DNA from: Octopus sinensis
Taxonomy: Eukaryota
Length of the DNA: 64,000 nt
Assembly: GCF_006345805.1 (NCBI RefSeq)
Contig: NC_043003.1
Location: 59,024,001 to 59,088,000 of the forward strand
Reading direction: 5' to 3'
Under the pieces are notes generated by a model. That model was not told where the DNA came from, searched no databases, and saw only the letters and a list, made by a program, of their open reading frames with translations. The position numbers were made by a program, and so were the translations under genes. Of the stretch, positions 62,522-64,000 are shown one piece after another. Every line of letters starts with the position of its first letter. Position 1 is the stretch's first letter.

Positions 62522-63299
62522 GGCGGCAAGCTGGCAGAATCGTTAGCACGCCGGGCAAAATTCTTAGCGGTATTTCGTCTGCCGTTACGTTCTGAGTTCA
62601 AATTCCGCCGAGGTCGACCTTGCCTTTCATCCTTTCGGAGTCGATTAAATAAGTACCAGTTACGCACTGGGGTCGATATAATCGACTTAATCCGTTTGTC
62701 TGTCCTTGTTTTTCCTCTCTGTGTTTAGCCCCTTGTGGGTAGTAAAGAAATAGGTATTTCGCCTGCCGTTACGTTCTGAGTTCAAATTACGCCGTGGTCG
62801 ACTTTGCCTTTCATCCTTTCGGGGCCGATAAATTAAGTAGCAGTGACGCACTGGGGTCGATGTGATCGACTTAATCCGTTTGTCCGTTCTAGTTTGTCCT
62901 CTCTATGTTTAACCCCTTGTGGGCAATAAAGAAATAAGAAACGTTAGCATGCCGGGCGATATGCTTAGCAGCATTTCGTCTGCCATTACGTTCTGAGTTC
63001 AAATTCCACCGAGGTCGACTTTGCCTTTCATCCATTCGGGGTCAATAAATTAAATACCAGTTATGCACTGGAGTCGATATAATCGGCTTAATTCGTTTGT
63101 CTGTCCTTGTTTGTCCTCTCTGTGTTTAGCCCCTTGTGAGTAGTAAAGAAATAGGTATTTCGTCTGCCGTTACGTTCTGAGTTCAAATTCCGCCGAGGTA
63201 CCAGTTATGCACTAGGGTCTATGTAATCGACTTAATCCCTTTGTCCTTGTTTGTCTCCTGTATGTTTAGCCCCTTGTGGGCAATAAAGAAATAAGAAAC
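62522..63299 (+). mobile_element. SINE D tetramer inserted into a SINE A head
   Basis: Units about 62522-62754, 62755-62938, 62939-63155 and 63156-63299; flanking 13-bp direct repeat agaaactgaaaag at 62510-62522 and 63294-63306; A-family head sequence at about 62420-62520. Confidence 0.9.
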
Positions 63300-63339
63300 T
63301 GAAAAGACCAGCTGTGTATTTACACCCCGAACCACGTAA

Positions 63340-63991
63340 ATAGCGTCTCTCCTTTCTAAGAACCCGGCAAGAATCCCTGAAACTGTCTCATTTACGCCCC
63401 GTCACAAGAGTTTGAGGCTTCAATGGGCCCAGAAGTACATGACGTTTGAGATGAGTTGTGTTCTGTTCACTGACGAAAACAGGCGACCTGACAGTTGGGC
63501 AAACGGTTGGATATATTTTGGAGATGAGCGTCACCAACCTTTACAACATCAGCAACAGGATTGAGGAGCCATGTTGTGTGCTGGTATCATTGGCGACAGA
63601 CCTCTTGGGGGTTAAAGTGGTTGAAGTGACCGCAGCCGCCTACTACAATCACCTGAAGGAGGTCTTGGTTCCCTGGCTAGATGACATACCGCTGTCACTT
63701 CTAAGGAATTTCGTATTCATGCATGACAACACTCCCTCCCACACTGATAGGGCCACCCAAACATTACTAGGTGAAAGGTTGGTGGTGTGGCCGCTAGCAT
63801 CTCCAGATGTCAATCCTATTGAAAATCTTTTCCCTATCATTAAACAAGATGTTTATGCCGATGGACGTCAATTTATGTCGAAAGATGTCTTATGGGCGGC
63901 CATCAAAGTAGCAGCAGAGGCAGTCCAACTTCCTACTATTAAGAAATTGACAGATTCCATGACTAATAGGGTTTTTGAAGTTATCCGTTAA
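63340..63991 (+). mobile_element. Tc1-family (DD34E-type) transposase pseudogene; 3' TIR would lie outside the window
   Basis: RHKSLRLQWAQKY...VLFTDE, FVFMHDNTPSH and WPLASPDVNPIEN motifs; frameshifted, with a small deletion in the D-E spacer. Confidence 0.9.
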
Positions 63992-64000
63992 AATATCGCT

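Noticed and set aside
62522-63299. Regularly spaced repeats considered as a CRISPR array
   Set aside because: Units are 140-230-bp SINE monomers with no unique spacers, in eukaryotic DNA with no cas genes.

Overview
AT-rich eukaryotic DNA, dense in microsatellites and repeats. The SINE families and repeat spectrum suggest an octopod (Octopus-like) genome; this is an inference, not a database match. I recognise no intact protein-coding gene, rRNA, true tRNA gene or CRISPR array, and almost all listed ORFs come from microsatellites or SINEs. The window holds at least four tRNA-derived SINE families (my working labels A-D). It also holds decayed DNA transposons (maT/DD37D, Tc1, Merlin, piggyBac, Tigger-like and piggyBac-like MITEs, Helitron/Helentron derivatives) and non-LTR retroelement relics (Dong/R4-type RLE 3' ends in (TAA)n, a Tx1/L1-type ORF2, Penelope-like pieces), plus a few weak candidate exons. 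Five observations stand out. (1) A 1.5-kb ORF1-only ('half-LINE') retroelement with a perfect 13-bp TSD sits in the tRNA-like head of a SINE. (2) A SINE tetramer with alternating junctions that recur elsewhere is bounded by a single 13-bp direct repeat. (3) Minimal hammerhead-ribozyme-like motifs occur in Penelope-like terminal repeats. (4) A SINE heterodimer has one 12-bp TSD. (5) A 448-bp near-perfect direct repeat has an 840-bp period. All family assignments come from reading the sequence by eye and need Dfam/Repbase/HMM confirmation. Boundaries of degenerate copies are approximate.
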